NCBI GenBank assembly: GCA_002421665.1
Contig: DISH01000004.1
Location: 23,174 to 87,173 of the forward strand
Source of the DNA: Candidatus Omnitrophica bacterium UBA6215
Lineage (GTDB): Bacteria; Omnitrophota; Gorgyraeia; Pluralincolimonadales; Pluralincolimonadaceae
Direction: 5' to 3'
DNA: 64,000 bases
The notes beneath the pieces were generated by a model that had not been told where the DNA came from, did not search any database, and saw only the letters and a program-made list of their open reading frames with translations. Each line of letters starts with the position of its first letter. Positions within the stretch are counted from its first letter, which is position 1. The position numbers and the translations under genes are program-made. This document shows, piece after piece, positions 1-9,539 of this stretch.

Positions 1-807
1 TTATTCAAGAGACTTTATATCACCGGATATAGGGATGGTTTTGTAGGTATTGTTTGGCATGTGCATAGATGGCATGATGATTTCGGTATAACCGATAAGA
101 TATCTTGGATGGATTTCGACCCCGACTGGGAAAAATCTTATCGATCAGGCCATGTCTTCGCGGATATAATAAGAAACACGAAAAAATCCTATCCCAATGC
201 CAAGCTCGATTTATTTATGCATTCATTAGGGGCGAATTTGGGTTGTTATGCATTAAGAATTCTTTCAGATAACAATGAAAGGATAGTTGATAATTTGATA
301 CTTCATGAAGCGGCGGTTCCCGGGGAAGTATTTACTGGTAAATATAAAACAAAGTTTAATTATCCTGGCTTAGACCCTATTTTGGGGTATCCTTTGATTT
401 TTAGGGCGGGTCTATTTGATAATATTTACGGAGATATCTTTAACATCTTGAAAGAGAAAGTTTACAACACATATTGTGATGAAGATAAAGCAATAAGTGT
501 TGCGCTTCCAGCCGCGGGCTTTCTTGGCCTTTCAACCCCTCTCGAGGATGACTATGAATTTTGTAATCTTGCAACAAGAACGGTTGCTAATAGTAAGTAT
601 GCAGGACTCGGTTGTTCTAAGGTAGATACGCAAAAATATAGCGATAGAATTGTTAATTTCCACGGGCTGATTGATTCTGAAACACATCCTTATGGGATAC
701 GAGACCATGGGAGCCAAACATCAGAGTATTATTTTGACGTTAAGTTTTTCTTCGGATGCATCTACGATCTAAACAAAATGGAAGGATTAAATACTGATAA
801 GGAGTAA
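1..807 (+). CDS. alpha/beta-hydrolase-like (putative lipase/esterase), 5'-truncated at window edge
   Basis: Open frame from nt 1 with no upstream stop (first Met at 61). MHSLGANLG resembles the serine-hydrolase nucleophile elbow. Lies in an AT-rich islet. Confidence 0.5.
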   Translation, partial: LFKRLYITGYRDGFVGIVWHVHRWHDDFGITDKISWMDFDPDWEKSYRSGHVFADIIRNTKKSYPNAKLDLFMHSLGANLGCYALRILSDNNERIVDNLILHEAAVPGEVFTGKYKTKFNYPGLDPILGYPLIFRAGLFDNIYGDIFNILKEKVYNTYCDEDKAISVALPAAGFLGLSTPLEDDYEFCNLATRTVANSKYAGLGCSKVDTQKYSDRIVNFHGLIDSETHPYGIRDHGSQTSEYYFDVKFFFGCIYDLNKMEGLNTDKE

Positions 808-811
808 ATGT

Positions 812-1807
812 ATGATAAAGAAAATAGTCTTTTGTACAATTTTCCTAACAGGATTTATGTGGTTTAACAGCAATACCTATTCTGTGCCGATTAAAATTAT
901 CCACCCTATCGATGTTTCTGGTAAGGTATTAGATCAAAATGGCAATCTTTTTACCGGTGACGTTGAAATTTTACTTAATGTAGGAATCGGGGTATTGGAT
1001 TACGAGTTGCCGGATTTACAAGGCCAGACGGAGTACAAAAAATACAAAATACAACTGCATGATGGTACATTTTCCTGGAAAGGCGAAGGTTCGGACGTAA
1101 CCGTAAAAGCGGTAAAGGAAGGTTACTATAGCACTAAGATAGATGTCCACGAAAGTCCTCTTGGCGAAGATATACAACAAATTATTGATGAGGCGCGCGA
1201 CCAAGGGTGCGGACCAGATGATTTATTTGAGAAATTTATGCATAATATGGTTGTTAAGCGCGACGATATCGTTATTCATCTTATTCAAAAAGGTACTCCG
1301 GTTAAGCTTGAATATGTTGGAGACGCTGATATTCCCAGTATAAATAGCAAAAAATCCTCAGGCAAGCAATGCGGGTGGTCTTTTGACAAGAAATGGTACT
1401 TTCCGGTTGATGGGGATGTCCCTGTGGATATCATACGCGGTATCAATGAAAATAAAAAACGCACCTATACCATAAAAGAACCGGGCGGTTTTGTTTATTT
1501 CGAAGGATACCCTGTTCTTGAGAGTGAAAATAAGGATTATTATCCATACGCTTCCTTCGATCTGATGACTGAAGCCCCGGAGACAGGGTATATTTCGACA
1601 TTTACCCCTGCAGAGCATAGGCCTACTTTTAGGGGCAATAGTTTCTTTTGCTATTTTAAGACCCCCGATGGCAAATATGGCAAGATATGTTTTGAAGGTG
1701 ACTTTAGCTACTACATCAATCCCGACGGCTCAAGGAACCTTGAGGCGGGGGAAGTAGTGAAGAAGTATCCCATAAATCCGATTGAGGCAAATAGACACAA
1801 GCGTTAA
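812..1807 (+). CDS. secreted/membrane-anchored hypothetical protein (signal peptide)
   Basis: Strong AGGAG SD 7 nt upstream. Hydrophobic N-terminus MIKKIVFCTIFLTGFMWF. No recognisable family. Same AT-rich islet, 4 nt after the upstream stop. Confidence 0.5.
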   Translation: MIKKIVFCTIFLTGFMWFNSNTYSVPIKIIHPIDVSGKVLDQNGNLFTGDVEILLNVGIGVLDYELPDLQGQTEYKKYKIQLHDGTFSWKGEGSDVTVKAVKEGYYSTKIDVHESPLGEDIQQIIDEARDQGCGPDDLFEKFMHNMVVKRDDIVIHLIQKGTPVKLEYVGDADIPSINSKKSSGKQCGWSFDKKWYFPVDGDVPVDIIRGINENKKRTYTIKEPGGFVYFEGYPVLESENKDYYPYASFDLMTEAPETGYISTFTPAEHRPTFRGNSFFCYFKTPDGKYGKICFEGDFSYYINPDGSRNLEAGEVVKKYPINPIEANRHKR

Positions 1808-1948
1808 TCTAACATTTCGGTAAAAATGCCACCGCCCGCGAGATGGTCTCCCCCGGCTGTGTATTCTTGGTGAATAATGATTATGATGAGTCGAATGTAA
1901 ACCCAAAAATTTTTATAAGCGGAAAAAGAATAGAGAAAGAAGGTAAAA

Positions 1949-3013
1949 ATGAAATACAAAATGGATCTCGTAAGCCCCGCCGTTTTCATCGGCAAACAGG
2001 GCAAGGGAGTCATAAGTTTCGGTTCCGGGCAGCCGGACCTGCCTCCGCCCAAAGAGGCCATACAGGGAATAGATATCCGTAAGGACCTTAGGTACGGCCT
2101 GATACAGGGAGAATACCCGCTCAGAGAGGCGCTGTCCAATGAATACCCGAATTCCACCGCGGATAATTTTGTCATAACCAACGGCGCCTCCGAAGCGCTT
2201 GACCTGATCTTCCGCGCGTGGGGCAAGGGGAAAGTGCTGCTCCCGAAGCCGTATTATTATTCTTACCTGCCGCTTGTGGAAATGGCGGGCATGGAGCCGG
2301 TATTCACCGATCTTGTAGAAGGCAGGATAGATATAGATGACTTCAAGAAGAAGATAAAAGGCTGCAAGGCGGTCCTGATAAATTCCCCGTCGAACCCTAC
2401 GGGCCGTGTCGAATTGATAGAGACCCTGAAAGAGATAGAGAAGATAACCGCTAAACTCGGCGTGTATGTCATCTCCGACGAAGTCTATAAGGACCTGATA
2501 TACGAGAGGGAGAACTACCATATAAAGGGCGGGCACGTCATTACGGTAAATTCCTTCTCTAAGACCTATGCCATGTGCGGGGTAAGGGTAGGTTACCTTT
2601 GGAGTTCCGACAAAAAAGTGGTCGATGATGTCATCGAGCTCAAGACCCACACCTCGATGAACACGAACCTCGTCGGGCAGGATATGGCCCTCAGGGCGAT
2701 GGCCGTCCCCAAAAAATACGTGATAGACCAGAAGGAGATATGGCGCAAGCGGAGGGACAGGATATACAACGGTTTCTGCGAGCTCGGTTTTGACCTGTGG
2801 CGGCCCGAGGGGGCTTTTTACATATTCCCGAAATGCAGGAACGCTAGGGAATTCCTCGCCACGCTGTTCCTGAAATATAAGGTGATATTCTATCTGGGGG
2901 AGTGGTTCGGCGCACCCGACCGTATCAGGCTCAGCTATGCCCTTGATGAGGCCCAGATAGACAAGGGGCTGGAGTGTATAAAGGCGGCGATGAAGAAGGT
3001 ACGGTGCCTCTAA
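1949..3013 (+). CDS. class I/II pyridoxal-phosphate-dependent aminotransferase
   Basis: NSPSNPTG and SFSKTYAMCGVRVGY (PLP-lysine) motifs typical of aspartate/aromatic aminotransferases. Confidence 0.85.
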   Translation: MKYKMDLVSPAVFIGKQGKGVISFGSGQPDLPPPKEAIQGIDIRKDLRYGLIQGEYPLREALSNEYPNSTADNFVITNGASEALDLIFRAWGKGKVLLPKPYYYSYLPLVEMAGMEPVFTDLVEGRIDIDDFKKKIKGCKAVLINSPSNPTGRVELIETLKEIEKITAKLGVYVISDEVYKDLIYERENYHIKGGHVITVNSFSKTYAMCGVRVGYLWSSDKKVVDDVIELKTHTSMNTNLVGQDMALRAMAVPKKYVIDQKEIWRKRRDRIYNGFCELGFDLWRPEGAFYIFPKCRNAREFLATLFLKYKVIFYLGEWFGAPDRIRLSYALDEAQIDKGLECIKAAMKKVRCL

Positions 3014-3029
3014 GCGGCATAAAGATAGA

Positions 3030-4370
3030 ATGACACTATTAGTCAAGGACAGGGTATTCCCCACCATATTGCGCATGGCCGTCCCGATGCTTGCAGGGAC
3101 GTTCGCGATAAACGCATATAACCTCGCGGATACCTGGTTTGTATCCCGGCTCGGTACGGATGCTCTCGCCGCTATTTCGTTCACTTTCCCCGTAGTCATG
3201 ATGATAGGGTTCATAATGCGCGGGTTAAGCACGGGTGCCATGACGGTAGTCGCACACGCGCTGGGAAGCGGCAAACAACGGACCGCCGCGCGCATAACGA
3301 CCCACGCGGTTTTCCTATCATCTGCGGTATCTTTAGTACTTACCGTCGCCGGTATCCTTACTATAAAGCCGGTCTTTTCGCGGCTCGGGGCTTCGGGGGA
3401 AGTCCTCGCGCTCGCGCAGCAGTACATGGGTATATGGTACTGCGGGCTGGTAATACGCGTAGTGCAGGTTATGTTCGCCGATATAATCATAGGGACGGGA
3501 AATACCAAAGGCGTCAGCCTTTTGATGGTCTCCGGCACGGTGATGAACTGCATACTGGATCCGGTCATGATCTTTGGCCTGCTCGGTTTCCCCAAGATGG
3601 GTATGTACGGCGCCGCCCTGGCCACGGTAATTTCAGAGACATTCGTCCTTCTATTCGCGCTGTACCTTGTCCATAAGAAACACTGCCTTATATTGTTCTC
3701 TTCACATACCCGCCTTAGGATAGCGGCGTCATGGCGCAGGATATTGCATATCGGGATACCATCTACGTTAAGCTCCGTCCTTACGCCGATATCGGCGGCT
3801 ATCGTAATAAAGATAGTTTCCGGGTTCGGCCAGGCCGCGGTAGCCGCGGTCGGCGTCGCCGGAAGGATGGAGATGTTCGCTTTCATGATACCGATGACTG
3901 TAGGCATGTCTCTGGTGCCGTTCATAGCCCAGAATTACGGAGCGGGCCGGTTTGACCGGATACAGGCAGTCCGTAAAGGCGCCATGCTGTTCGCATTGGT
4001 CTTCGGTTTTGCCGCAGCTTTCGTATTCCTTTTCATCGCGCGGCCGCTCGGCACGCTCTTCTCGTCGGATGCCGAGGTTGTGAATATCCTGGTAAGGTAT
4101 ATATACATAACGTGTTTCGGCTACGGGTTCCTCGAAGTGCACCGTTATGCCACTTTCTGTATGACCGGAATACATAAGCCGGTCTCTTCGGCCATACTCA
4201 CCGGTATAAGGGTCATAGTATTGATGGTCCCGCTGGCCTATTTCGGCTCGAGGTTTTTCGGCGTCACGGGTGTCTTTTTGGGCAGGTTATTTACCGATAT
4301 AACCTCGGCCGTTATCGGGATCATATGGACGGGTAAAGTCCTCTCTGGGGCTTCAGGCGTTCCCAGATAA
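3030..4370 (+). CDS. MATE family efflux transporter
   Basis: About 12 TM segments. N-terminal RMAVPMLAGTFAINAYNLADTWFVSRLG is typical of MATE/NorM. Confidence 0.85.
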   Translation: MTLLVKDRVFPTILRMAVPMLAGTFAINAYNLADTWFVSRLGTDALAAISFTFPVVMMIGFIMRGLSTGAMTVVAHALGSGKQRTAARITTHAVFLSSAVSLVLTVAGILTIKPVFSRLGASGEVLALAQQYMGIWYCGLVIRVVQVMFADIIIGTGNTKGVSLLMVSGTVMNCILDPVMIFGLLGFPKMGMYGAALATVISETFVLLFALYLVHKKHCLILFSSHTRLRIAASWRRILHIGIPSTLSSVLTPISAAIVIKIVSGFGQAAVAAVGVAGRMEMFAFMIPMTVGMSLVPFIAQNYGAGRFDRIQAVRKGAMLFALVFGFAAAFVFLFIARPLGTLFSSDAEVVNILVRYIYITCFGYGFLEVHRYATFCMTGIHKPVSSAILTGIRVIVLMVPLAYFGSRFFGVTGVFLGRLFTDITSAVIGIIWTGKVLSGASGVPR

Positions 4371-4405
4371 TACTTGCCTCTTCCCGTCCGCGGCTATATA
4401 ATCAT

Positions 4406-5098
4406 TTGCATATGGATAGAAGGTTTGTTGTTATAAAAGAGCATTTCGAGAAGGCCGCGAAAGATTTTGATAAGCATTTTATCAGGTTCGCGCCCGGATA
4501 CGAAGAGGCCATAGAGGCCCTCGTCTCGGCCATACCTTTTTCCGGCGGGGGCAGGATAAACGTCGCCGACCTCGGATGCGGCACAGGAAACATAGCCGCG
4601 GCAGTCCTTAAAAAATACCCTAATGCCCGCATCAGCTGCATTGACCTGAGCGAGAGGATGATATCCCTTGCGAAAGCCAAGCTCTGCGGTTTCAAAAATG
4701 TTGAATTCCATGCGGGTGATCTGCGCGGCTATAAATTCACGCGCAAATATGATGCCGTGGTCTCCTCGCTTGTCCTGCATCACTTCGAAGGTAAAGATAA
4801 GGAACTACTCTATAAGAAGGTATACGGTTGTCTAAAAAAAGGCGGTGTTTTCTGCAACTCTGACATTACTCGGGGTTCGACGGCGTATTTGCAGGATATG
4901 TATATCGAAAAGTGGGTAGAGTTCCTGCACAAAGGTTGTTCCCGGGCAGAAATAAAGAATACTCTTAAGAACCACAAAAGGGAAGACCGTCCCGCCCTCC
5001 TCATGGATGAACTTAAGGCCCTCGCCAGGGCCGGGTTCAGGGATATAGACGTGGTTTACAAGCGTTATTATTTTTCCGTCTACGGCGGGGTTAAATGA
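4406..5098 (+). CDS. class I SAM-dependent methyltransferase
   Basis: VADLGCGTGN motif I; about 230 aa Rossmann methyltransferase. Confidence 0.8.
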   Translation: MHMDRRFVVIKEHFEKAAKDFDKHFIRFAPGYEEAIEALVSAIPFSGGGRINVADLGCGTGNIAAAVLKKYPNARISCIDLSERMISLAKAKLCGFKNVEFHAGDLRGYKFTRKYDAVVSSLVLHHFEGKDKELLYKKVYGCLKKGGVFCNSDITRGSTAYLQDMYIEKWVEFLHKGCSRAEIKNTLKNHKREDRPALLMDELKALARAGFRDIDVVYKRYYFSVYGGVK

Positions 5099-5180
5099 AC
5101 CGTTTTTCGGAATCCAGGGGTGTTACGGTAATAAATTATTGTGTTTTAAGGGTTGTTTGTTGATCGGAAAGGAGCCTGCT

Positions 5181-6770
5181 ATGCAGCGTTCGGAAGAGGA
5201 AAAGAGTTATGAAGCCCTGAGCCCGTTCGAATTAAAGAACAAGCTGATCAGTATGGCCGAGACGAACCGCGAAAGGATCATGCTGAATGCCGGAAGGGGC
5301 AATCCCAACTGGGTCGCGATAGCGCCCAGGGAGGGGTTCCTGCAATTCGGAATGTTTGCGCTATCCGAGTCCCAGCGTTCGCCCCACAGGCCCGGGTTGG
5401 GGACGGTCGCGCAGAAAGAAGGGATATCAGAAAGGTTCAGGAGTTTCCTGGCCGGCAAGAAAGGGGAGCCGGGCATAGAGTTCCTGTCCGGCGCATTTGA
5501 ATATGTCACCGGGGATATGAAGATAAACGGCGACGAATTCCTGAACGAGATGGTCGATGCCACCCTCGGCGACCACTATCCTACGCCCGACAGGATGCTT
5601 GAGATCTGCGAAAGAATAGTACACAGGTACCTTGAACAGGAGATGCTGGGTTTTGCGCCTGTCGGAAGGTTCGACCTGTTTGCCACCGAAGGCGGTACCG
5701 CAGCGATGGATTATATCTTCACGAGCCTGTCCGAGAATAAGCTCATACATAAAGGCGATAAGATAGCGCTGGGTACGCCGATATTCACTCCCTATCTTGA
5801 GATACCCAGGCTTAACGATTATGAACTTGTCGAATTGGAGATAAAACAGGACGAGAATTCGGACTGGCAATATCCCGATTCGGAGATCGAAAAGCTGGCC
5901 GATCCTTCCGTCAAGGCATTCTTCCTGGTAAACCCCTCTAACCCGACATCCGTAAGCGTCCAAAGACGATCGCTCGATAAGGTAGCGGAACTGGTAGATA
6001 CGCGCCGGAAAGACCTTATAATACTTACCGACGATGTATACGGTACTTTTGTTGACGGTTTCAGGTCCCTGGCCGCGGTTGCCCCGCGCAATACGATCCT
6101 GGTCTATTCTTATTCCAAATATTTCGGAGCCACCGGGTGGCGTCTCGGTGTAATAGGCATACATGAGGACAGCGTCTTTGATAAGCGGATAGCCGCACTT
6201 CCGGCCTATGACAGGGAAGAACTGCATGCCCGCTATTGTACCGTCGAGCTCGATCCCGACAACATGAAGCTTATCGACCGTATGGTAGCGGATTCGCGTT
6301 CCGTGGCCTTGCACCATACCGCGGGGCTCTCTACGCCGCAGCAGGTGATGATGGTGATGTTCTCCCTGCAATGCCTCATGGACAAGGAAGGCAACTACAA
6401 GAAGTTGACGCAGGATATCGTCAAGAAACGCTTCGAGGCCCTTTATTCCGCTCTTGGGGTAAAGGCCCCGGACGACGAATATGACGCGCGTTATTATACG
6501 ACTATCGATATACCCGAACTGGCCGGAGTCAGATACGGGGCGGATTTCGCGGATTATATGACCGGGAATTTCGAGCCTATAGATTTTGTCTGGCGCTTGG
6601 CGGAAGAGAAATCTATAGTGCTCATGGACGGCGGAGGTTTTGATGCCCCCAATATGTCTGTAAGGGTCTCGCTGGCCAATCTCGATGACAGCGACTATAC
6701 GCAGATAGGCAAAGGAATAAGCGAATTGCTAGAGGACTATTATATGACCTGGAAAGGGTCCAAAAAGTAG
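5181..6770 (+). CDS. asdA: aspartate 4-decarboxylase (aspartate aminotransferase family)
   Basis: About 529 aa. LSPFELKNKLI N-terminus, NPSNPTS and YSYSKYFGATGWRLG motifs match AsdA/AspD. AAGGAG SD precedes ATG 5181 (ORF track starts at in-frame 5139). Confidence 0.8.
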   Translation: MQRSEEEKSYEALSPFELKNKLISMAETNRERIMLNAGRGNPNWVAIAPREGFLQFGMFALSESQRSPHRPGLGTVAQKEGISERFRSFLAGKKGEPGIEFLSGAFEYVTGDMKINGDEFLNEMVDATLGDHYPTPDRMLEICERIVHRYLEQEMLGFAPVGRFDLFATEGGTAAMDYIFTSLSENKLIHKGDKIALGTPIFTPYLEIPRLNDYELVELEIKQDENSDWQYPDSEIEKLADPSVKAFFLVNPSNPTSVSVQRRSLDKVAELVDTRRKDLIILTDDVYGTFVDGFRSLAAVAPRNTILVYSYSKYFGATGWRLGVIGIHEDSVFDKRIAALPAYDREELHARYCTVELDPDNMKLIDRMVADSRSVALHHTAGLSTPQQVMMVMFSLQCLMDKEGNYKKLTQDIVKKRFEALYSALGVKAPDDEYDARYYTTIDIPELAGVRYGADFADYMTGNFEPIDFVWRLAEEKSIVLMDGGGFDAPNMSVRVSLANLDDSDYTQIGKGISELLEDYYMTWKGSKK

Positions 6771-6779
6771 GAGGCCTGT

Positions 6780-8468
6780 ATGTGGCATGATATCCTGGAG
6801 ATTATGCGCAACAACCCCGAGTTGGTGCTTTTCCTGGCGCTTGGCATAGGATATTTCGCCGGAAAGAGGGTCAAGATCTTCGGCTTCACCCTGGGCTCGA
6901 CCGCTTCGGTGCTTCTTGCCGCGATATTGGTCGGTCAGGTCGGTATAGCCATACCGCCGCTTCTTAAGAACATAAGTTTCGGCCTGTTCATATTTACCGT
7001 CGGGTACAAGGTCGGCCCGCAGTTCTTCGGTTCTTTGAAGAGGGACGGCCTGAATTATCTCTGGCTGGCCGTAGCGGTGGCATTGACGTCGTTGGTAACG
7101 GCTTACGCCATAGGAAAGATCGCCCATCTTGACAAGGGGACCACTGTGGGCATGTTCGCCGGTTCCATGACGACTTCGGCGGCCCTGGGTACGGGCAGCG
7201 ACGCCGTAAAACATCTTGACCTTAAACCGGAGGAGAAGAGCACCCTCGATTCGAATATGGCGGTGGCATACGCCATCACATATATATTCGGCACCGCCGG
7301 CACTATAATACTCATAAAACTCTCGCCCGCGATATTCAGGATAGACCTTAAGTCCGAGGTCAGGAAGCTCGAGGAACAGATGGGCGGCTCCCAGTCTGAT
7401 GATGAAGAGAACCAGGGGACGTTCTCCTGGACGCAGCGGCTTGATATGAGAGCTTTCAGGGCCCTTAACGGCGCGGTAATAGGCAAGAGTATCTCCGGGA
7501 TAGAGGAACTTTTGCCCGACCGGGTCGCTATCGATAAGATCAAAAGGGCCGACCGGGTGATCGAGACCGCCCCGGAGACGGTCGTCTCACGCGATGACAT
7601 ATTATTGGTGTTGGGACCGACCTCCCGTATGGTGGACGCCGGAGAACTCATCGGCCCGGAGATAGACCGCGCCGCCGTTACCGATATAACCGGCGAGGTC
7701 ATTGATGTGTGCGTGCTTAACAGGAATGTGGCGGGAAAAACGCTCGGCGAGCTTGGGAAATTGAAACTTGCCCACGGGTTATTCCTTCGAAAGATCACGA
7801 GACAGGGCCACGATATCCCGATAATGCCCGGGACGACTGTGCATAAATGCGATATACTCCAGGTAACAGGCGCCAAGGAAGACGTAGAGAAGGCCATATC
7901 TTTCCTGGGATATCCCGAGAGGCCCACTACCGTTACGGACCTTGTCACCGTAGCCGTCGGTTGTATCGCGGGTACTCTGATAGGCCTTATAGTCGTTCCT
8001 GTCTTCGGCATTCCGATTACGCTTGGCGCGGGCGGCGGCATACTTGTCTCCGGTCTCCTGTGCGGCTGGCTTAGGTCTATGCACCCTACTTTCGGACAGA
8101 TACCCGGCGGCGCGCAATGGATACTGGGAGACCTCGGGTTGAACCTTTTTGTGGCTTGTGTCGGTGTGACCGCCGGTCCTCAAGCTTTCCACGCTATAAA
8201 GACTACGGGCCTGTCGGTCTTCATAGGCGGGATGATCGTAACCACCTTGCCTGTTGTTGTTGTCATGCTGCTTGGCCTGAAAGTCCTCAAGGTTAACCCT
8301 ATATTATTGTTGGGCGCTGCGACGGGTTCGCACAACTGCACTGCTTCGTTGAACGTGGTCATAGAGGCTTCCGGGAGCCCGTTGGCGGTTTTGGGCTACG
8401 CTGCGCCTTACGCGTTCGCGAACGTCCTTTTGACCGTCTGGGGCACTATTATCGTAAACCTTATGTGA
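6780..8468 (+). CDS. aspT: aspartate:alanine antiporter (AAEx/AspT-YidE-YbjL family)
   Basis: 562 aa. Duplicated membrane domains separated by a cytoplasmic TrkA_C-like region. Immediately downstream of asdA, as in described aspD-aspT operons. Confidence 0.75.
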   Translation: MWHDILEIMRNNPELVLFLALGIGYFAGKRVKIFGFTLGSTASVLLAAILVGQVGIAIPPLLKNISFGLFIFTVGYKVGPQFFGSLKRDGLNYLWLAVAVALTSLVTAYAIGKIAHLDKGTTVGMFAGSMTTSAALGTGSDAVKHLDLKPEEKSTLDSNMAVAYAITYIFGTAGTIILIKLSPAIFRIDLKSEVRKLEEQMGGSQSDDEENQGTFSWTQRLDMRAFRALNGAVIGKSISGIEELLPDRVAIDKIKRADRVIETAPETVVSRDDILLVLGPTSRMVDAGELIGPEIDRAAVTDITGEVIDVCVLNRNVAGKTLGELGKLKLAHGLFLRKITRQGHDIPIMPGTTVHKCDILQVTGAKEDVEKAISFLGYPERPTTVTDLVTVAVGCIAGTLIGLIVVPVFGIPITLGAGGGILVSGLLCGWLRSMHPTFGQIPGGAQWILGDLGLNLFVACVGVTAGPQAFHAIKTTGLSVFIGGMIVTTLPVVVVMLLGLKVLKVNPILLLGAATGSHNCTASLNVVIEASGSPLAVLGYAAPYAFANVLLTVWGTIIVNLM

Positions 8469-8489
8469 ACCATTATCAAAGGAGGAAGT

Positions 8490-9539
8490 ATGAAAGCGGT
8501 CAAGTGCGCGATATGCTGCATGGTATTTTTAGCGTTATCAGTCCCGGTATCCTTTGCGGAACTGCCGACCGTGGTCATCGTTACTACCGGCGGGACGATA
8601 GCCGAAAAGACGGATGCCAAGACCGGCGGCGCAGTTCCGGCCGTTTCCGGCAAGGACCTTATTGCCGCAGTCCCCGGACTGGATAAGATCGCCCGGATCG
8701 AGGTGGTTAACCTGTGCAACATAGACAGCTCCCAGATGACGCCCGAAATGTGGGCCCAGCTTTCTAAGACCGTGGATGCGCATCTTGCCGGACCCAAAGT
8801 AAAAGGAGCTGTCGTTACCCATGGCACGGATACCATGGCCGAAGGGGCGTATTTCCTGGAACTTACGCTCAAGAGCGGTAAGCCCGTGGTTTTTGTCGGA
8901 GCGATGCGCGATGCTTCAGAAGTTTCACCCGACGGCCCGGCCAATATACTCAATGCCGTTACACAGGCATGTTCCGAAGAGGCGCGGGACTGGGGTGTAA
9001 CCGTTACGCTTAATGAGTATATAAATTCCGCCAGGGATGTCGTAAAGACCAATTCGACCAATGTCCAGACCTTTGACTCGGGTGAAAAGGGTTATCTCGG
9101 GTATATAGCCATGGGCAGGGTCATCCGTTATAACAGCGCCCCGCCCGTCCGGAAATTGCCTATTCCGGATAAATTGCCGGATGTCGCGTTTTTGAGCACG
9201 TATGCGGGCGATGACGGCTCATTCGTCCGTTTTGCGGCGGACCATGGCGCGAAAGGTATTGTAGTCGAAGCCGTAGGCGCGGGTAACGTGAATGCCGGTG
9301 TATATGAAGCCGTAAAATACGCTATATCTAAAGGTATACCTGTAGTAATAACTACAAGGGTATATCACAGCGGGGTATGGCCGATGTACGCAGACCAGGG
9401 CGGAGGTGAGACCCTGGAAAAGGACGGCGCTATATTGGCCGGCGACCTGCCCGGACCCAAGGCAAGGCTCCTGCTTATGCTAGCCATAGCGAAGGAAAAA
9501 GGCGATACGTCGAAGATAAGGGGATATTTTACGAGGTGA
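8490..9539 (+). CDS. ansB: L-asparaginase type II (periplasmic, signal peptide)
   Basis: Signal peptide. VVIVTTGGTIAEK and VVTHGTDTMAE asparaginase motifs. Confidence 0.85.
   Translation: MKAVKCAICCMVFLALSVPVSFAELPTVVIVTTGGTIAEKTDAKTGGAVPAVSGKDLIAAVPGLDKIARIEVVNLCNIDSSQMTPEMWAQLSKTVDAHLAGPKVKGAVVTHGTDTMAEGAYFLELTLKSGKPVVFVGAMRDASEVSPDGPANILNAVTQACSEEARDWGVTVTLNEYINSARDVVKTNSTNVQTFDSGEKGYLGYIAMGRVIRYNSAPPVRKLPIPDKLPDVAFLSTYAGDDGSFVRFAADHGAKGIVVEAVGAGNVNAGVYEAVKYAISKGIPVVITTRVYHSGVWPMYADQGGGETLEKDGAILAGDLPGPKARLLLMLAIAKEKGDTSKIRGYFTR

Noticed and set aside
1913-3925. 670-aa minus-strand ORF spanning the aminotransferase and MATE genes
   Set aside because: It lies antisense to two + strand genes with clear family motifs (NPTG/SxSK aminotransferase, MATE). 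The translation is Arg/Pro/Gly-rich and low-complexity with no recognisable domain, the usual shadow ORF of a GC-rich coding strand.
5427-6371. 314-aa minus-strand ORF with HHHHH run inside asdA
   Set aside because: It is antisense to the well-supported aspartate 4-decarboxylase gene. The His run is a codon-reversal artefact. There is no SD or domain.
7103-8041. 312-aa minus-strand ORF inside aspT
   Set aside because: It is antisense to the AspT transporter gene. Its Ser/Pro/Thr-rich composition is typical of spurious ORFs.
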